From Neoechinorhynchus agilis (taxonomy: Eukaryota; Animalia; Acanthocephala), in assembly GCA_051530055.1 (NCBI GenBank), contig CM121342.1, forward strand, positions 12,415,480 through 12,479,479: a DNA stretch of 64,000 nucleotides, in the 5' to 3' direction. The position numbers and the translations under genes were made by a program. Shown here one piece after another: positions 34,645 through 54,149 of this stretch (the stretch's first letter is position 1; every line of letters begins with the position of its first letter). The notes beneath the pieces were generated by a model, which ran no database searches, had not been told where the DNA came from, and saw nothing but the letters and a program-made list of their open reading frames with translations.

Positions 34645-37600
34645 AAAAACGCATTTTATACATGAGAGAAATCGTTTGTCCAACGTTTGTTTTTGGTTTG
34701 GATCACCCGGCCACCAGGATAAAAGTATGAAACTAAATAAAGTGCCGTAAAACGAAAAATAAAGATTGCCTACGAAAGCTAAGATCTAACGCCGACAAAT
34801 GAAACGCTCAACAATGGCCATCGAAAACCATTTAAAGAAAAAGTAAACAATAACGAACGCAAAGTTGGCGATTGTTTAGAAAATGTTAAAAAAATGCCTC
34901 AGAAAACGCATTTTATACATGAGAGGAATCGTTTGTCCAAGGTTTGTTTTTAATTTGGATAACCCGGCCACCAGGATAAAAGTATGAAACTAAATAAAGT
35001 GCCGTAAAACGAAAAATAAAGATTGCCTACGAACGCTAAGATCTAACGACGACAAATAAAATGCTCAACAATGGCCACCGAATACCATTTAAAGAAATAG
35101 TAAATCATAACGAACGCAAAGTTGACGATTGTTGATAAAATGTTAAAAAAGTGCCTCAGAAAACGCATTTTATACATGAGAGAAATCGTTTGTCCAAGGT
35201 TTGTTTTTGGTTTGGATCACCCGGCCACAAGAATAAAAGTATGAAACTAAATAAAGTGCCGTAAAACGAAAAATAAAGATTTCCCACGAACGCTAAGATC
35301 TAACGCCGACAAATGAAATGCTCAACAATGGCCATCGAAAACCATTTAAAGAAATAGTAAACAATAATGAATGCAAAGTTGACGATTGTTTAGAAAATGT
35401 TAAAAAAGTGCCTCAGAAAACGAATTTTATACATGAGAGAAATCGTTTGTCCAAGGTTTGTTTTTGGTTTGGATAACCCGGCCACCAGGATAAAAGTATG
35501 AAACTAAATAAAGTGCCGTAAAACGAAAAATAAAGATTGCCTACGAACGCTAAGATCTAACGACGACAAATAAAATGCTCAACAATGGCCATCGAAAACC
35601 ATTTAAAGAAATAGTAAACAATAACGAACGCAAAGTTGACGATTGTTTAGAAAATGTAAAAAAGTGCCTCAGAAAACGCATTTTATACATGAGAGAAATC
35701 GTTTGTCCAAGGTTTGTTTTTGGTTTGGATCACCCGGCCACAGATAAAGTATGAAACTAAATAAGTGCCGTAAAACGAAAAATAAAGATTCACGAACGCT
35801 AAGATCTAACGCGACAAATGAAATGCTCAACAATGGCCATCGAACCATTTAAAGAAATAGTAAAATAAGAAGCAAAGTTGCGATGTTAAAATGTTAAAAA
35901 GTGCCTCAGAAAACGATTTTATACATGAGAGAAATCGTTTGTCCAAGGTTGTTTTTGGTTTGGATTAAAAGTATGAAACTAAATAAAGTGCCGTAAAACG
36001 AAAAATAAAGATTTCCCACGAACGCTAAGATCTAACGCCGACAAATGAAATGCTCAACCATGGCCATCGAAAACCATTTAAAGAAATAGTAAACAATAAT
36101 GAATGCAAAGTTGACGATTGTTGATAAAATGTTAAAAAAGTGCCTCAGAAAACGAATTTTATACATGAGAGAAATCGTTTGTCCAAAATTTGTTTTTGGT
36201 TTGGATAACCCGGCCACCAGGATAAAAGTATGAAACTAAATAAAGTGCCGTAAAACGAAAAATAAAGATTGTCAACGAACGCTATGATCTAACGCCGACA
36301 AATGAAATGCTCAACAATGGCCATCGAAAACCATTTAAAGAAAAAGCAAACAATAACGAACGCAAAGTTGGCGATTGTTCAAAAAATGTTTAAAAAGTGC
36401 CTAAGAAAACGCATTTTATATATGAGAGAAATCGTTTGTCCGAGGATTGTTTTAGGTTTGGATCACCCGGCCACCAGGATAAAAGTATGAAACTAAATAA
36501 AATGCTGTAAAACGAAAAATAAAGATTGCCTACGAACGCTAAGATCTTACGCCGACCAATGAAATGCTCAACAATGGCCATCGAAAAGCAATCAAAGAAA
36601 CAGTAAACAATAATGAATGCAAAGCAGGCGATGGTTTAGAAAATGTTAAAAAAAGTGCCTCAGAAAACGCATTTTATATATGAGAGAAATCGTTTGTTAA
36701 AGGAATGTTTTTGGCTTGGATAACCCGGCCACCAGGATAAAAGTATGAAACTAAATAAAGTGCCGTAAAACGAAAAATAAAGATTGCCTACGAACGCTAA
36801 GATCTAACGCCGACAAATGAAGTGCTCAACAATGGCCATCGATAACCATTTAAAGAAATAGTAAACAATAACGAACGCAAAGTTGGCGATTGTTTAGAAA
36901 ATGTTAAAAAGTGCCTCAGAAAACGAATTTTACACATGAGAGAAATCGTTTGTCCAAGGTTTGTTTTTTGTTTGGATAACCCGCCCACCAGGATAAAAGT
37001 ATGAAACTAAATAAAGTGCCGTAAAACGAGAAATAAAGATTGCCTACGAACGCTATGATCTAACGCCGAGAAATGAAATGCTCAACAATGGCCATCGAAA
37101 ACCATTTAAAGAAAAAGTAAACAATAATGAATGCAAAGCTGGCGATTGTTTAGAAAATGTTAAAAAAGTGCCTCAGAAAACGCATTTTATACATGACAGA
37201 AATCGTTTGTCCAAGGTTTGTTTTTGGTTTGAATCACCCGGCCACCAGGATAAAAGTATGAAACTAAATCAGGTGCCGTAAAACGAAAAATAAAGATTTC
37301 CTACGAATGCTAAGATCTAACGCCGACAAATGAAATGCTCAACAATGGCCATCGAAAACCATTTAAAGAAATAGTAAACAATAATGAATGCAAAGCTGGC
37401 GATTGTTTAGAAAATGTTAAAAAAAGTGCCTCAGAAAACGAATTTTATATATGAGAGAAATCGTTTGTCCGAGGATTGTTTTAGGTTTGGATAACCCGGC
37501 CACTAGGATAAAAGTATGAAACTAAATAAAATGCCGTAAAACGAAAAATAAAGATTGCCTACGTACGCTAAGATCTAACGCCGACAAATGAAATGCTCAA

Positions 37601-40600
37601 CAATGGCCATCGATAACCATTTAAAGAAATAGTAAACAATAACGAACGCAAAGTTGGGGATTGTTTAGAAAATGTTAAAAAGTTCCTCAGAAAACGAATT
37701 TTATACATGAGAGAAATCGTTTGTCCAAGGTTTGTTTTTGGTTTGGATAACCCGCCCACCAGGATAAAAGTATGAAACTAAATAAGGTGCCGTAAAACGA
37801 GAAATAAAGATTGCCTACGAACGCTATGATCTAACGCCGACAAATGAAATGCTCAACAATGGCCATCGAAAACCATTTAAAGAAAAAGTAAACAATAATG
37901 AATGCAAAGCTGGCGATTGTTTAGAAAATGTAAAAAAAGTGCCTCAGAAAACGCATTTTATATATGAGAGGAATCGTTTGTCCAAGGTTTGTTTTTGGTT
38001 TCGATCACCCGGCCACCAGGATAAAAGTATGAAACTAAATAAAGTGCCGTAAAACGAAAAATAAAGATTGCCTACGAACGCTAAGATCTAACGCCGACAA
38101 ATGAAATGCTCAACAATGGCCACCGACTACCACTTAAAGAAATAGTAAACAATAACGAACGCAAAGTTCGCGATTGTTTAGAAAATGTTAAAAAAGTGCC
38201 TCAGAAAACGAATTTTATACATGAGAGAAATCGTTTGTCCAAGGTTTGTTTTTGGTTTGGATCACCCGGCCACCAGGATAAAAGTATGAAACTAAATAAA
38301 GTGCCGTAAAACGAAAAATAAAGATTGCCTACGAACGCTAAGATCTAACACCGACAAATGAAATGCTCAACAATGGCCATCGATAACCATTTAAAGAAAT
38401 AGTAAACAATAACGAACGCAAAGTTGGCGATTGTTTAGAAAATGTTAAAAAGTGCCTCAGAAAACGAATTTTATACATGAGAGAAATCGTTTGTCCAAGG
38501 TTTGTTTTTGGTTTGGATAACCCGCCCACCAGGATAAAAGTATGAAACTAAATAAAGTGCCGTAAAACGAGAAATAAAGATTGCCTACGAACGCTATGAT
38601 CTAACGCCGACAAATGAAATGCTCAACAATGGCCATCGAAAACAATTTAAAGAAAAAGTAAACAATAATGAATGCAAAGCTGGCGATTGTTTAGAAAATG
38701 TTAAAAAAATGCCTCAGAAAACGAATTTTATATATGAGAGAAATCGTTTGTCCGAGGATTGTTTTAGGTTTGGATAACCCGGCCACTAGGATAAAAGTAT
38801 GAAACTAAATAAAATGCCGTAAAACGAAAAATAAAGATTGCCTACGTACGCTAAGATCTAACGCCGACAAATCAAATGCTCAACAATGGCCATCGATAAC
38901 CATTTAAAGAAATAGTAAACAATAACGAACGCAAAGTTGGGGATTGTTTAGAAAATGTTAAAAAGTGCCTCAGAAAACGAATTTTATACATGAAATCGTT
39001 TGTCCAAGGTTTGTTTTTTTGGTTTACTGACGGATAACCCGCCCACCAGGATAAAAGTGAAACTAAATAAGGTGCCGTAAAACGAGAAATAAAATTGCCT
39101 ACGAACGCTATGATCTAACGCCGACAAATGCTCAACAATGGCCATCGAAAACCATTTAAAGAAAAAGTAAACAATAATGAATGCAAAGCTGGCGATTGTT
39201 TAGAAAATGTAAAAAAAAGTGCCTCAGAAAACGCATTTTATATATGAGAGGAATCGTTTGTCCAAGGTTTGTTTTTGGTTTCGATCACCCGGCCACCAGG
39301 ATAAAAGTATGAAACTAAATAAAGTGCCGTAAAACGAAAAATAAGGATTTGCTACGAACGCTAAGATCTAACGCCGACCAATGAAATGCTCAACAATGGC
39401 CATCGAAAACCATTTAAAGAAATAGTAAACAATAACGAACGCAAAGTTCGCGATTGTTTAGAAAATGTTAAATAAGTGCCTCAGAAAACGAATTTTATAC
39501 ATGAGAGAAATCGTTTGTCCAAGGTTTGTTTTTGGTTTGAATCACCCGGCCACCAGGATAAAAGTATGAAACTAAATAAGGTGCCGTAAAACGAAAAATA
39601 AAGATTTCCTACGAATGCTAAGATCTAACGCCGACCAATGAAATGCTCAACAACGGCCATCGATAACCAATTAAAGAAATAGTAAACAATAATGAATGCA
39701 AAGCTGGCGATTGTTTAGAAAATGTTAAAAAAAGTGCCTCAGAAAACGCATTTTATATATGAGAGAAATCGTTTGTCCAAGGTTTGTTTTTGGTTTGGAT
39801 AACCCGGCCACCAGGATAAAAGCATGAAACTAAATAAAGTGCCGTAAAACGAAAAATAAAGATTGCCTACGAACACTAAGATCCAACGCCGACAAATGAA
39901 ATGCTCAACAATGGCCATCGATAACCATTTAAAGAAATAGTAAACAATAACGAACGCAAAGTTGGCGATTGTTTAGAAAATGTTAAAAAAGTGCCTCAGA
40001 AAACGCATTTTATATATGAGAGAAATCGTTTGTCCAAGGATTGTTTTAGGTTTGGATCACCCGGCCACCAGGATAAAAGTATGAAACTAAATAAAGTGCC
40101 GTAAAACGAAAAATAAAGATTGTCTACGAACGATAAGATCTAACGCCGACAAATGAAATGCTCAACAATGGCCATCGATAACCATTTAAAGAAATAGTAA
40201 ACAATAACGAACGCAAAGTTGGCGATTGTTTAGAAAATGTTAAAAAAGTGCCTCAGAAAACGCATTTTATATATGAGAGAAATCGTTTGTCCAAGGATTG
40301 TTTTAGGTTTGGATCACCCGGCCACCAGGATAAAAGTATGAAACTAAATAAAATGCTGTAAAACGAAAAATAAAGATTGTCTACGAACGCTATGACCTAA
40401 CGCCGACCAATGAAATGCTCAACAATGGCCATCGAAAACCATTTAAAGAAATAGTAAACAATAATGAATGCAAAGCAGGCAATTGTTTAGAAAATGTTAA
40501 AAAAAGTGCTTCAGAAAACGCATTTTATATATGAGAGAAATCGTTTGTTAAAGGAATGTTTTTGGTTTGGATCACCCGGCCACCATTATAAAAGTATGAA

Positions 40601-43600
40601 ACTAAATAAAGTGCCGTAAAACGAAAAATAAAGATTTCCTACGGACGCTAAGATCTAACGCCGACCAATGAAATGCTCAACAATGGCCATCGAAAACCAT
40701 TTAAAGAAAAAGTAAACAATAACGAACGCAAAGTTGGCGATTGTTTAGAAAATGTTAAAAAAAGTGCATCAGAAAACGAATTTTATACATGAAAAGGAGA
40801 AATCGTTTGTCGAAGGTTTGTTTGGTTTGGATAACCCGCCCACCAGGATAAAAGTATGAAACTAAATAAAGTGCCGTAAAACGAAAAATAAGGTCTACGA
40901 ACGCTATGATCTAACGCCGACAAATGAAATGCTCAACAATGGCCATCGATAACCATTTAAAGAAATAGTAAACAATAACGAACGCAAAGTTGGCGATTGT
41001 TTAGAAAATGTTAAAAAGTGCATCAGAAAACGAATTTTATACATGAGAGAAATCGTTTGTCGAAGGTTTGTTTTTGGTTTGGATAACCCGCCCACCAGGA
41101 TAAAAGTATGAAACTAAATAAAGTGCCGTAAAACGAAAAATAAAGATTGTCTACGAACGCTATGATCTAACGCCGACAAATGAAATGCTCAACAATGGCC
41201 ATCGAAAACCATTTAAAGAAATAGTAAACAATAATGAATGCAAAGCTGGCGATTGTTTAGAAAATGTTAAAAAAAGTGCCTCAGAAAAGGCATTTTATAT
41301 ATTAGAGAAATCGTTTGTATAAGGTTTGCTTTTGGTTTGGATCACCCGGCCACCAGGATAAAAGTATGAAACTAAATAAATTGCCGTAAAACGAGAAATA
41401 AAGATTGCCTACGAACGCTATGATCTAACGCCGACAAATGAAATGCTCAACAATGGCCATCGAAAACCATTTAAAGAAAAAGTAAACAATAACGAACGCA
41501 AAGTTGGCGATTGTTTATAAAATGTTAAAAAAGTGCCTCAGAAAACGAATTTTATATATGAGAGAAATCGTTTGTCCGAGGATTGTTTTAGGTTTGGATA
41601 ACCCGGCCACCAGGATAAAAGTATGAAACTAAATAAAATGCCGTAAAACGAAAAATAAAGATTGCCTACGAAGGCTAAGATCTAACGCCGACCAATGAAA
41701 TGCTACACAATGGCCATCGAAAACCATTTAAAGAAATAGTAAACAATAATGAATGCAAAGCAGGCGATTGTTTAGAAAATGTTAAAAAAAGTGCCTCAGA
41801 AAACGCATTTTATATATGAGAGAAATCGTTTGTTAAAGGAATGGGTTTGGCTTGGATAACCCGGCCACCAGGATAAAAGTATGAAACTAAATAAAGTGCC
41901 GTAAAACGAGAAATAAAGATTGCCTACGAACGCTATGATCTAACGCCGACAAATGAAATGCTCAACAATGGCCATCGAAAACCATTCAAAGAAAAAGTAA
42001 ACAATAATGAACGCAAAGTTGGCGATTGTTTAGAAAATGTAAAAAAAAGTGCCTCAGAAAACGCATTTTATATATGAGAGGAATCGTTTGTCCAAGGTTT
42101 GTTTTTGGTTTGGATAACCCGCCCACCAGGATAAAAGTATGAAACTAAATAAAGTGCCGTAAAACGAGAAATAAAGATTGCCTACGAACGCTATGATCTA
42201 ACGCCGACAAATGAAATGCTCAACAATGGCCATCGAAAACCATTTAAAGAAAAAGTAAACAATAATGAATGCAAAGCTGGCGATTGTTTAGAAAATGTAA
42301 AAAAAAGTGCCTCAGAAATCGCATTTTATATATGAGAGAAATCGTTTGTCCAAGGTTTGTTTTTGGTTTGGATAACCCGGCCACCAGGATAAATGTATGA
42401 AACTAAATAAAGTGCCGTAAAACGAAAAATAAAGATTGCCTACGAACGCTATGATCTAACGCCGACAAATGAAATGCTCAACAATGGCCATCGAAAACCA
42501 TTTAAAGAAATAGTAAACAATAACGAACGCAAAGTTGGCGATTGTTTAGAAAATGTTAAAAAGTGCCTCAGAAAACGAATTTTATACATGAGAGAAATCG
42601 CTTGTCCAAAGTTTGCTTTTGGTTTGGATAACCCGGCCACCAGGATAAAAGTATGAAACTAAATAAAGTGCCGTAAAACGAGAAATAAAGATTGCCTACG
42701 AACGCTATGATCTAACGCCGACAAATGAAATGCTCAACAATGGCCATCGAAAACCATTTAAAGAAAAAGGCAAACAATAACGAACGCAAAGTTGGCGATT
42801 GTTTAGAAAATGTTAAAAAGTGCCTCAGAAAACGAATTTTATACATGAGAGAAATCGTTTGTCCGAGGATTGTTTTAGGTTTGGATCACCCGGCCACCAG
42901 GATAAAAGTATGAAACTAAATAAAATGTCCTAAAACGAAAAATAAAGATTGCCTACGAAGGCTAAGATCTTACGCCGACCAATGAAATGCTCAACAATGG
43001 CCATCGAAAACCATTTAAAGAAATAGTAAACAATAATGAATGCAAAGCTGGCGATTGTTTAGAAAATGTTAAAAAAAGTGCCTCAGAAAACGCATTTTAT
43101 ATATGAGAGAAATCGTTTGTTAAAGGATTGTTTTTGGTTTGGATTACCCGGCCACCAAGATAAAAGTATGAAACTAAATAAAGTGCCGTAAAACGAAAAA
43201 TAAAGATTGCCTACGAACGCTAAGATCTAACGCCGACAAATGAAATGCTCAACAATGGCCACCGAATACCATTTAAAGAAATTGTAAACAATAACGAACG
43301 CAAAGTTGGCGATTGTTTAGAAAATGTTAAATAGTGCCTCAGAAAACGAATTTTATACATGAGAGAAATCGTTTGTTCAAGGTTTGTTTTTGGTTTGGAT
43401 AACCCGGCCACCAGGAAAAAAGCATGAAACTAAATAAAGTGCCGTAAAACGAAAAATAAAGATTGTCTACGAACGCTATGATCTAACGCCGACAAATGAA
43501 ATGCTCAACAATGGCCATCGAAAACCATTTAAAGAAAAAGTAAACAATAACGAACGCAAAGTTGGCGATTGTTTATAAAATGTTAAAAAAGTGCCTATGA

Positions 43601-44973
43601 AAACGCATTTTATATATGAAAGAAATCGTTTGTTAAAGGAATGTTTTTGGCTTGGATAACCCGGCCACCAGGATAAAAGTATTCAACTAAATAAAGTGTC
43701 GTAAAATGAAAAATAAAGATTTCCTGCGAACGCTAAGATCTAACGCCGACAAATGAAATGCTCAACAATGGCCATCGAAAACCATTTAAAGAAATAGTAA
43801 ACAATAATGAATGCAAAGTTGGCGATTGTTTAGAAAATGTTAAAAAAGTGCCTCAGAAAACGAATTTTATACATGAGAGAAATCGTTTGTCCAAGGTTTG
43901 TTTTTGGTTTGAATCACCCGGCCACCAGGATAAAAGTATGAAACTAAATAAGGTGCCGTAAAGCAAAACCACGAATGCTAATATCTAACGCCGACAAATG
44001 AAATGCTCAACAATGGCCATCGACAACCATTTAAAGAAATAGTAAACAATAATGAATGCAAAGTTGACGATTGTTGATAAAATGTTAAAAAAGTGCCTCA
44101 GAAAACGCATTTTATACATGAGAGAAATCGTTTGTCCAAGGTTTGTTTTTGGTATGGATCACCCGGCCACCAGGATAAAAGTATGACACCAGGATAAAAG
44201 TATGCAACTAAATAAAGTGCCGTAAAACGAAAAATAAAGATTGCCTACGAACACACTAAGATCAACGCCGACAAATGAAATGCTCAGCAATGGCCATCGA
44301 AAACCATTTAAAGAAAAAGTAAAAGCAATAACGATCCAAAGTTAGCGATTGATGAAAAATGTTAAAATGCCTCAAATATATGAAGGCGTTTGTCCAAGGA
44401 TTGTTTTAGGTTTGGATCACCCGGCCACCAGGATAAAAGTATGAAACTAAATAAAATGCCGTAAAACGAAAAATAAAGATTGCCTACGAACGCTAAGAAC
44501 TAACGCCGACCAATGAAATGCTCAACAATGGCCATCGAAAACCATTTAAAGAAATAGTAAACAATAATGAATGCAAAGCTGGCGATTGTTTAGAAAATGT
44601 TAAAAAAAGTGCCTCAGAAAAGGCATTTTATATATTAGAGAAATCGTTTGTCCAAGGTTTGTTTTTGGTTTCGATCACCCGGCCACCAGGATAAAAGTAT
44701 GAAACTAAATAAAGTGCCGTAAAACGAAAAATAAAGATTGTCTACGAACGCTAAGATCTAACGCCGACAAATGAAATGCTAAACAATGGCCACCGACAAC
44801 CACTTAAAGAAATAGTAAACAATAACGAACGCAAAGTTCGCGATTGTTTAGAAAATGTTAAAAAAGTGCCTCAGAAAACGCATTTTATACATGACAGAAA
44901 TCGTTTGTCCAAGGTTTGTTTTTGGTTCGGATCACCCGGCCACCAGGATAAAAGTATGAGTAAATAAAGTGCC
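34645..44973. repeat. Tandem satellite array, 257-bp monomer, about 40 copies (10.3 kb)
   Basis: AGTGCCGTAA recurs at 34741, 34998 and 35255 (period 257). Monomer variants recur at about 770 and 1283 bp spacing. Confidence 0.98.
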
Positions 44974-45033
44974 ACCTTAAATCTAACTTCCCACAATTTA
45001 AATTTTTTGTTCTTATACGTCATGAAATCACCC

Positions 45034-45312
45034 TCACAAATGTTGCTCTTCTCTTAGTCGTTTGATGGAGCTCCTTACGGTTATAGCCGACGGCGTGGTT
45101 AACGAATAAGCTCCACCGGCCATAACTTTTTTGCATGCTTTGCATTTCCATATTCCGACACAAGTCCTACGCATCTGGTTCTTCCCACAAAAGACGCAAG
45201 CGTACCGAGTCCGTTGACTAATCTCGATTTTCTTAATGGCCTTTCTTAGTGACGCACCATAGCGGGTCCCGTATTTGCCGACAATTCCAACTTTGCGGGT
45301 CCTCTTTGCCAT
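45034..45312 (-). CDS. RPL37A: 60S ribosomal protein eL43/L37a, intronless
   Basis: [25 protein letters not shown]4 zinc finger CVFCGK...[14 protein letters not shown]. Confidence 0.97.
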   Translation of the reverse strand: MAKRTRKVGIVGKYGTRYGASLRKAIKKIEISQRTRYACVFCGKNQMRRTCVGIWKCKACKKVMAGGAYSLTTPSAITVRSSIKRLREEQHL

Positions 45313-45759
45313 TTGAACGCAAAATCGGTGTTTTTGTATGGCCCGCGAAGGGAACTAGATGAAGATTTTCGTTTCGTTAAAACACGGAAGAATTTTGTGT
45401 TTGTCATCCTTTACAGTGAAAGGTTCGGGAAGCGTAGTGATTTGCTTTATTAGTGGTTGCATTTCAACTCTCATTTTCTTGAATAATTTTTGTGCTGAAA
45501 TGATTGGTATCAGTTTTTAGAATTTCTGTAACCAATCTTTAATTGCGCTAGTCATACGGTTATGTTTTAGGAAAATCGTGAACATTTTTTGCTTATGATA
45601 ATTAAACTGGTTATTTTTTGTTAGCTTATAAGTTTGTTTTTATATTATTCCGGTCCACCTAATGCCGACAAATCATTTTTTAACAATATGTAGCTAAGAT
45701 GTGCTATTTTAAGTTTTGCTTTACGTTGTGGTTTTTCATTATTCAATTGCATTTAGAAA

Positions 45760-50345
<4,586 letters not shown>

Positions 50346-51247
50346 TATGCTCAAATGGTCAAATGGTGTATGATAAAGCTTGTTATCTCCTTTTCGCCTG
50401 AATTCACATAATGCAGCCAATATGTTCAGCAGATAGCTCGGGATGCTCTAGTTGTGCAGATTAAAAAGTCAATAATCATTCCCAGCGATCTTTTGACCCC
50501 AATCGTTATTGTAATTTCTGTTTGCATTTTGGAAATTTTTTTCTTTTGACAACTTATGCTTTAGGGTGATATTTGGAAATTCGTTCTCAATTCTTCGAAA
50601 TCCTGTGATTTTATTCTTGGTAGAATTTCCACTGCAATGCATTTCGCTGACCTCCTCCGCTAAAACGTTCAAAGTAAATCGTCACTCCGAGGCAAAAGTA
50701 GCTCGCTCAATTTCACATCCTTACAGATGAAGTCATGGCCCAAACAACTTCGAATTCATCAAATAGTCGTTCTATGTTTCGACCATAAACTCGGACCCAC
50801 AGTGAGCATTTTTATATGTGCTTAAATCCCTCGCTTTCATATATCTCAATATAGATCGAGTATATATATCCAGCGTCTTGTTCTTTAAGCGACCAAATAA
50901 AGAATGAATTACTTAGTCTCTCGATACCCGACGGATCCCATAAATTCGAGTCTGGTTTGTGTACCCCACAGCGTGGCGAAATATATTCGTCTTTTTGATA
51001 GATTTTGTCTATTTCACCTGTGCAAACAGTAAATCAAAACCAATATTCTGTGTTGCGTGTTATCACCAGCAACGTTTAAATGTAACTATTCGAGAAAACC
51101 TTTTATAATTTCACCCCGAGGAAAATTTGTTTAGGTTGAGCAAAAAGATAGGCACCCGTCTTTGACCCGTAATAGTATCCAAAAAAGCATTGTACTCTTG
51201 ATGTCACTAGTAAGTGCTTTCTTGTATCTAACTATCAACGCAATTAC

Positions 51248-54072
51248 ATGTACTCATGTAACTTCCAGCCATTGTTTGAATATGTGAGACAAAAACTTGA
51301 TATTCTTGTCTCTGATTTTATAAAGAGTGACTGTATGACCGATTTTACGGTAATCGATCGTGCTTTCGATCACCTACAACAAACTACGATTCATAGTCCA
51401 ATATACAGAATGCATTTTGATATTGGTAATTAAATATATCGATGTTTTTCCAACCTTAAGATCTTTGCCGTTCAGGTGTTAGTCCATCGGGAATTGTCCA
51501 CAAATTCAAATATCGTCTTTTGACCGTATTCAAACTACTTTTGCTTTCAAAGAAGGTTTGTTTCATCGGAGTCGGCCAAAGAACAACAGTACAAAATCGC
51601 AATGAATCTTTGTCCTCGTAAACATGGGTTTTTTCTCAATAGCAATGTTCTACTCGCAGTCCCGTGCTTTTTTACCAAACAAAATAATCAACCGATCCTC
51701 GGGCCAAACTTGTGAAGGTTTTTATTCCAGCTTGTTACCTCATTAGCAAACAAAGCTCAATGCTGGGTCGTCATTTATATCAGTCAGCAAAAACAGAATC
51801 AGTTTTGTTTTTGTCACAATTTCTCGACCTAAGAGATTATTTAACATTTGCTCCGGATTCTCTTTCTGTAGACGAATGCGCACAAAGCCTTCTTTAGACT
51901 CTTTTTCGCACATTGTGTCGGCTTTTATGCAATCCACGCAACTCAGCCTTCGCGCAGGTTGTCATATTGTCAAGTCCGTGTGAGCTTCTGGGATCGACAA
52001 TTCTGTCACTCGTGTCCTTATTTCCAAGTAAGTCTAAGTTAGATCCTTAAGGGAAAATTCCTGATAAACCTACGCTCCTAGATGCCCTCATCGCAGAACA
52101 ATCATATAAACTGTTTATTGGTCCAGATAAATCTAAATCGCAGCCAAAACAGCGGCGTTCTCTTCCAATCACCGAAAGTTTTCTAAGGCATAAAATGAGC
52201 GTCAGATCCCGTTCATTAGAGATGAAAAAGGAAATAAACAAATCGACAAAGCGGTATGTTATCAATCACACGAGTCAGTCGGCGTACCGTATTTCGACGA
52301 ACGATTGTCGATTCATGGAGCGATTTCTATCAAATTTCCATTTATTCGGAAAGGTAAAAACACTTGTGTTTGTGCTTGAGTAGATTGTCGTTGTGATTAG
52401 GCTTGCTTATTATACCCATACGCCACTATGGATATCTTTGATGTTTTAAGGAACCAGAGTAATATGACAGAGATCAGGCAAGGGGAAAGTTAGAAACCAT
52501 ATTCATTACAGGAACGGTTGAAGGATATTCATATTTGAGCGTCTAATAATCTGTAGTACACATCTAAGCACAGGTGCTTTTGGTGCTTGAGAAATTATGG
52601 TATTTTAAGTATCGGTAGTAGTTCGAGCAAAAACCTCTTTTTCCGTCTACAAGCTAAATCTGATCTCTGAACAATAAAGGATGCTTAGCCGGAGTTTCCA
52701 ATTCACTTATCACGGACTACGATTATGTCGATTGTGTAATCTCGGTCAGTACATCATTGTTCTTCGACGAAGTAAATTTTTCTTAGTACGATGGAACCAA
52801 CATCTTCAAATGCCGTCCTCATTTAAAAGATTTGATACGTCCTTCCTCTGCTGATATTAAATTTATGGATTTAATTATTCGTTCAAGCTTGAAGCACAAC
52901 GAAACAGCATCGGTAGATGATCCATTAGATGTATCAGTAAAGCAAATGTTTTCTATCTATCTTGCTTCTCTTATCAGTACATGTATCGAAAACGGTTTGA
53001 CTTTAGTCTCTTTAATTCATAGATTTGATATTGCCGGTGATCAGCTTAGATGAGAAGAATTTCGCGGACTTCAATCGAGAATTCGTTGAAGCCTTTATGC
53101 TTACAGGAACATTCATGGAATTCATTAACTGTTACGATGGGTTCATAAAGGACTCCTTTTGTCGGTAAGCTAAATTGTTTTGGTTAAAACCTTGATGTCT
53201 TCAAGCGACTGATAATAGGCATCCGTGTTCATTAAAGAATAGCGCTATAAGAAGTAGAATTGACAGGTACTGTTGGATATGATTTGTGATTTACAAAGTG
53301 CTTCTCTACCTTCAGAATAATCGAGGACTTAAGAAGAGATAGATTAGCGGATATTGGATCAAATGTGGGACGAGTAGTTGGTATGTGAGTGTGTTCTCCT
53401 AATTCGTACTGGTGTCAACCGTTTTTTTGCAAACAAAATTGCAAAGGCCTAGATTTTTTGCATGAACCGTTACTCTTCTTTATGAAGTGTTCACGAACGC
53501 GGCTGCGGAGACATGATCTTTTACTACATTTGTTAATCCCAATCAATCAAATTGAAATAGACTGCTTCTTTTATATTTTCAACATTATCCACGAAAGGCC
53601 ACTCATAATCGGTCCTCGATCAATTAGACTAATTGGACGGATTTTTACCTTAAAAAAACAAGCATTTCGTTTGGGATTAGAGTTACGACGTGACCTAAGC
53701 TTCCATCTCAAACTTGATTTTAGACTCAATGCGTGTTTATTGTTTAGATTCCGCACTTGGAAATATTCGCAACAGGATCACGTCCGTGAGATCAAAGCTA
53801 AAGAAAATGTGATTATTGTTTTCACCTGTGAAAATGTTCAAATAGATAAATTTAGTATGCTAGTGCATGGTTCTACTTTGATGAGGTTCTATGAATGTTT
53901 TGTCGACCAGCATTACACTTTGTTTTCACTGAACATGACGTTCTTCAATCAGTTTGTCCTTTTATCCCTCGTTGGTTCCGACCACTTTTTGAGCCTATGT
54001 TCAAAAATATTCTCTAATTTTTGCGCTCAACTACTTTATAGCCCCATCGCATATAAACGCCTTGAAGATTGA
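51248..54072 (+). CDS. Probable multi-exon gene of unknown product; exon structure unresolved
   Basis: Series of + strand ORF segments (51248, 51712, 52832, 53389-54072) with GT-AG intron-like gaps such as gtaatt...ccttaag at about 51426-51460. No family recognised. Confidence 0.4.
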
Positions 54073-54149
54073 CCACAAAGAGGTTGTAAAATCTTTAGCG
54101 TTCCCAACAAACCTATTTCTTGGTCCTTAAAAAGACTCCTTTAAAGACA

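Noticed and set aside
34645-44973. Satellite as a CRISPR array, 5S/SL RNA cluster, hammerhead satellite, or coding repeat (60-67 aa ORFs)
   Set aside because: No unique spacers and no 5S or Sm-site match. The consensus has CTGAGGC rather than CUGANGA and no matching GAAA. The ORFs appear and vanish with single-base variants.
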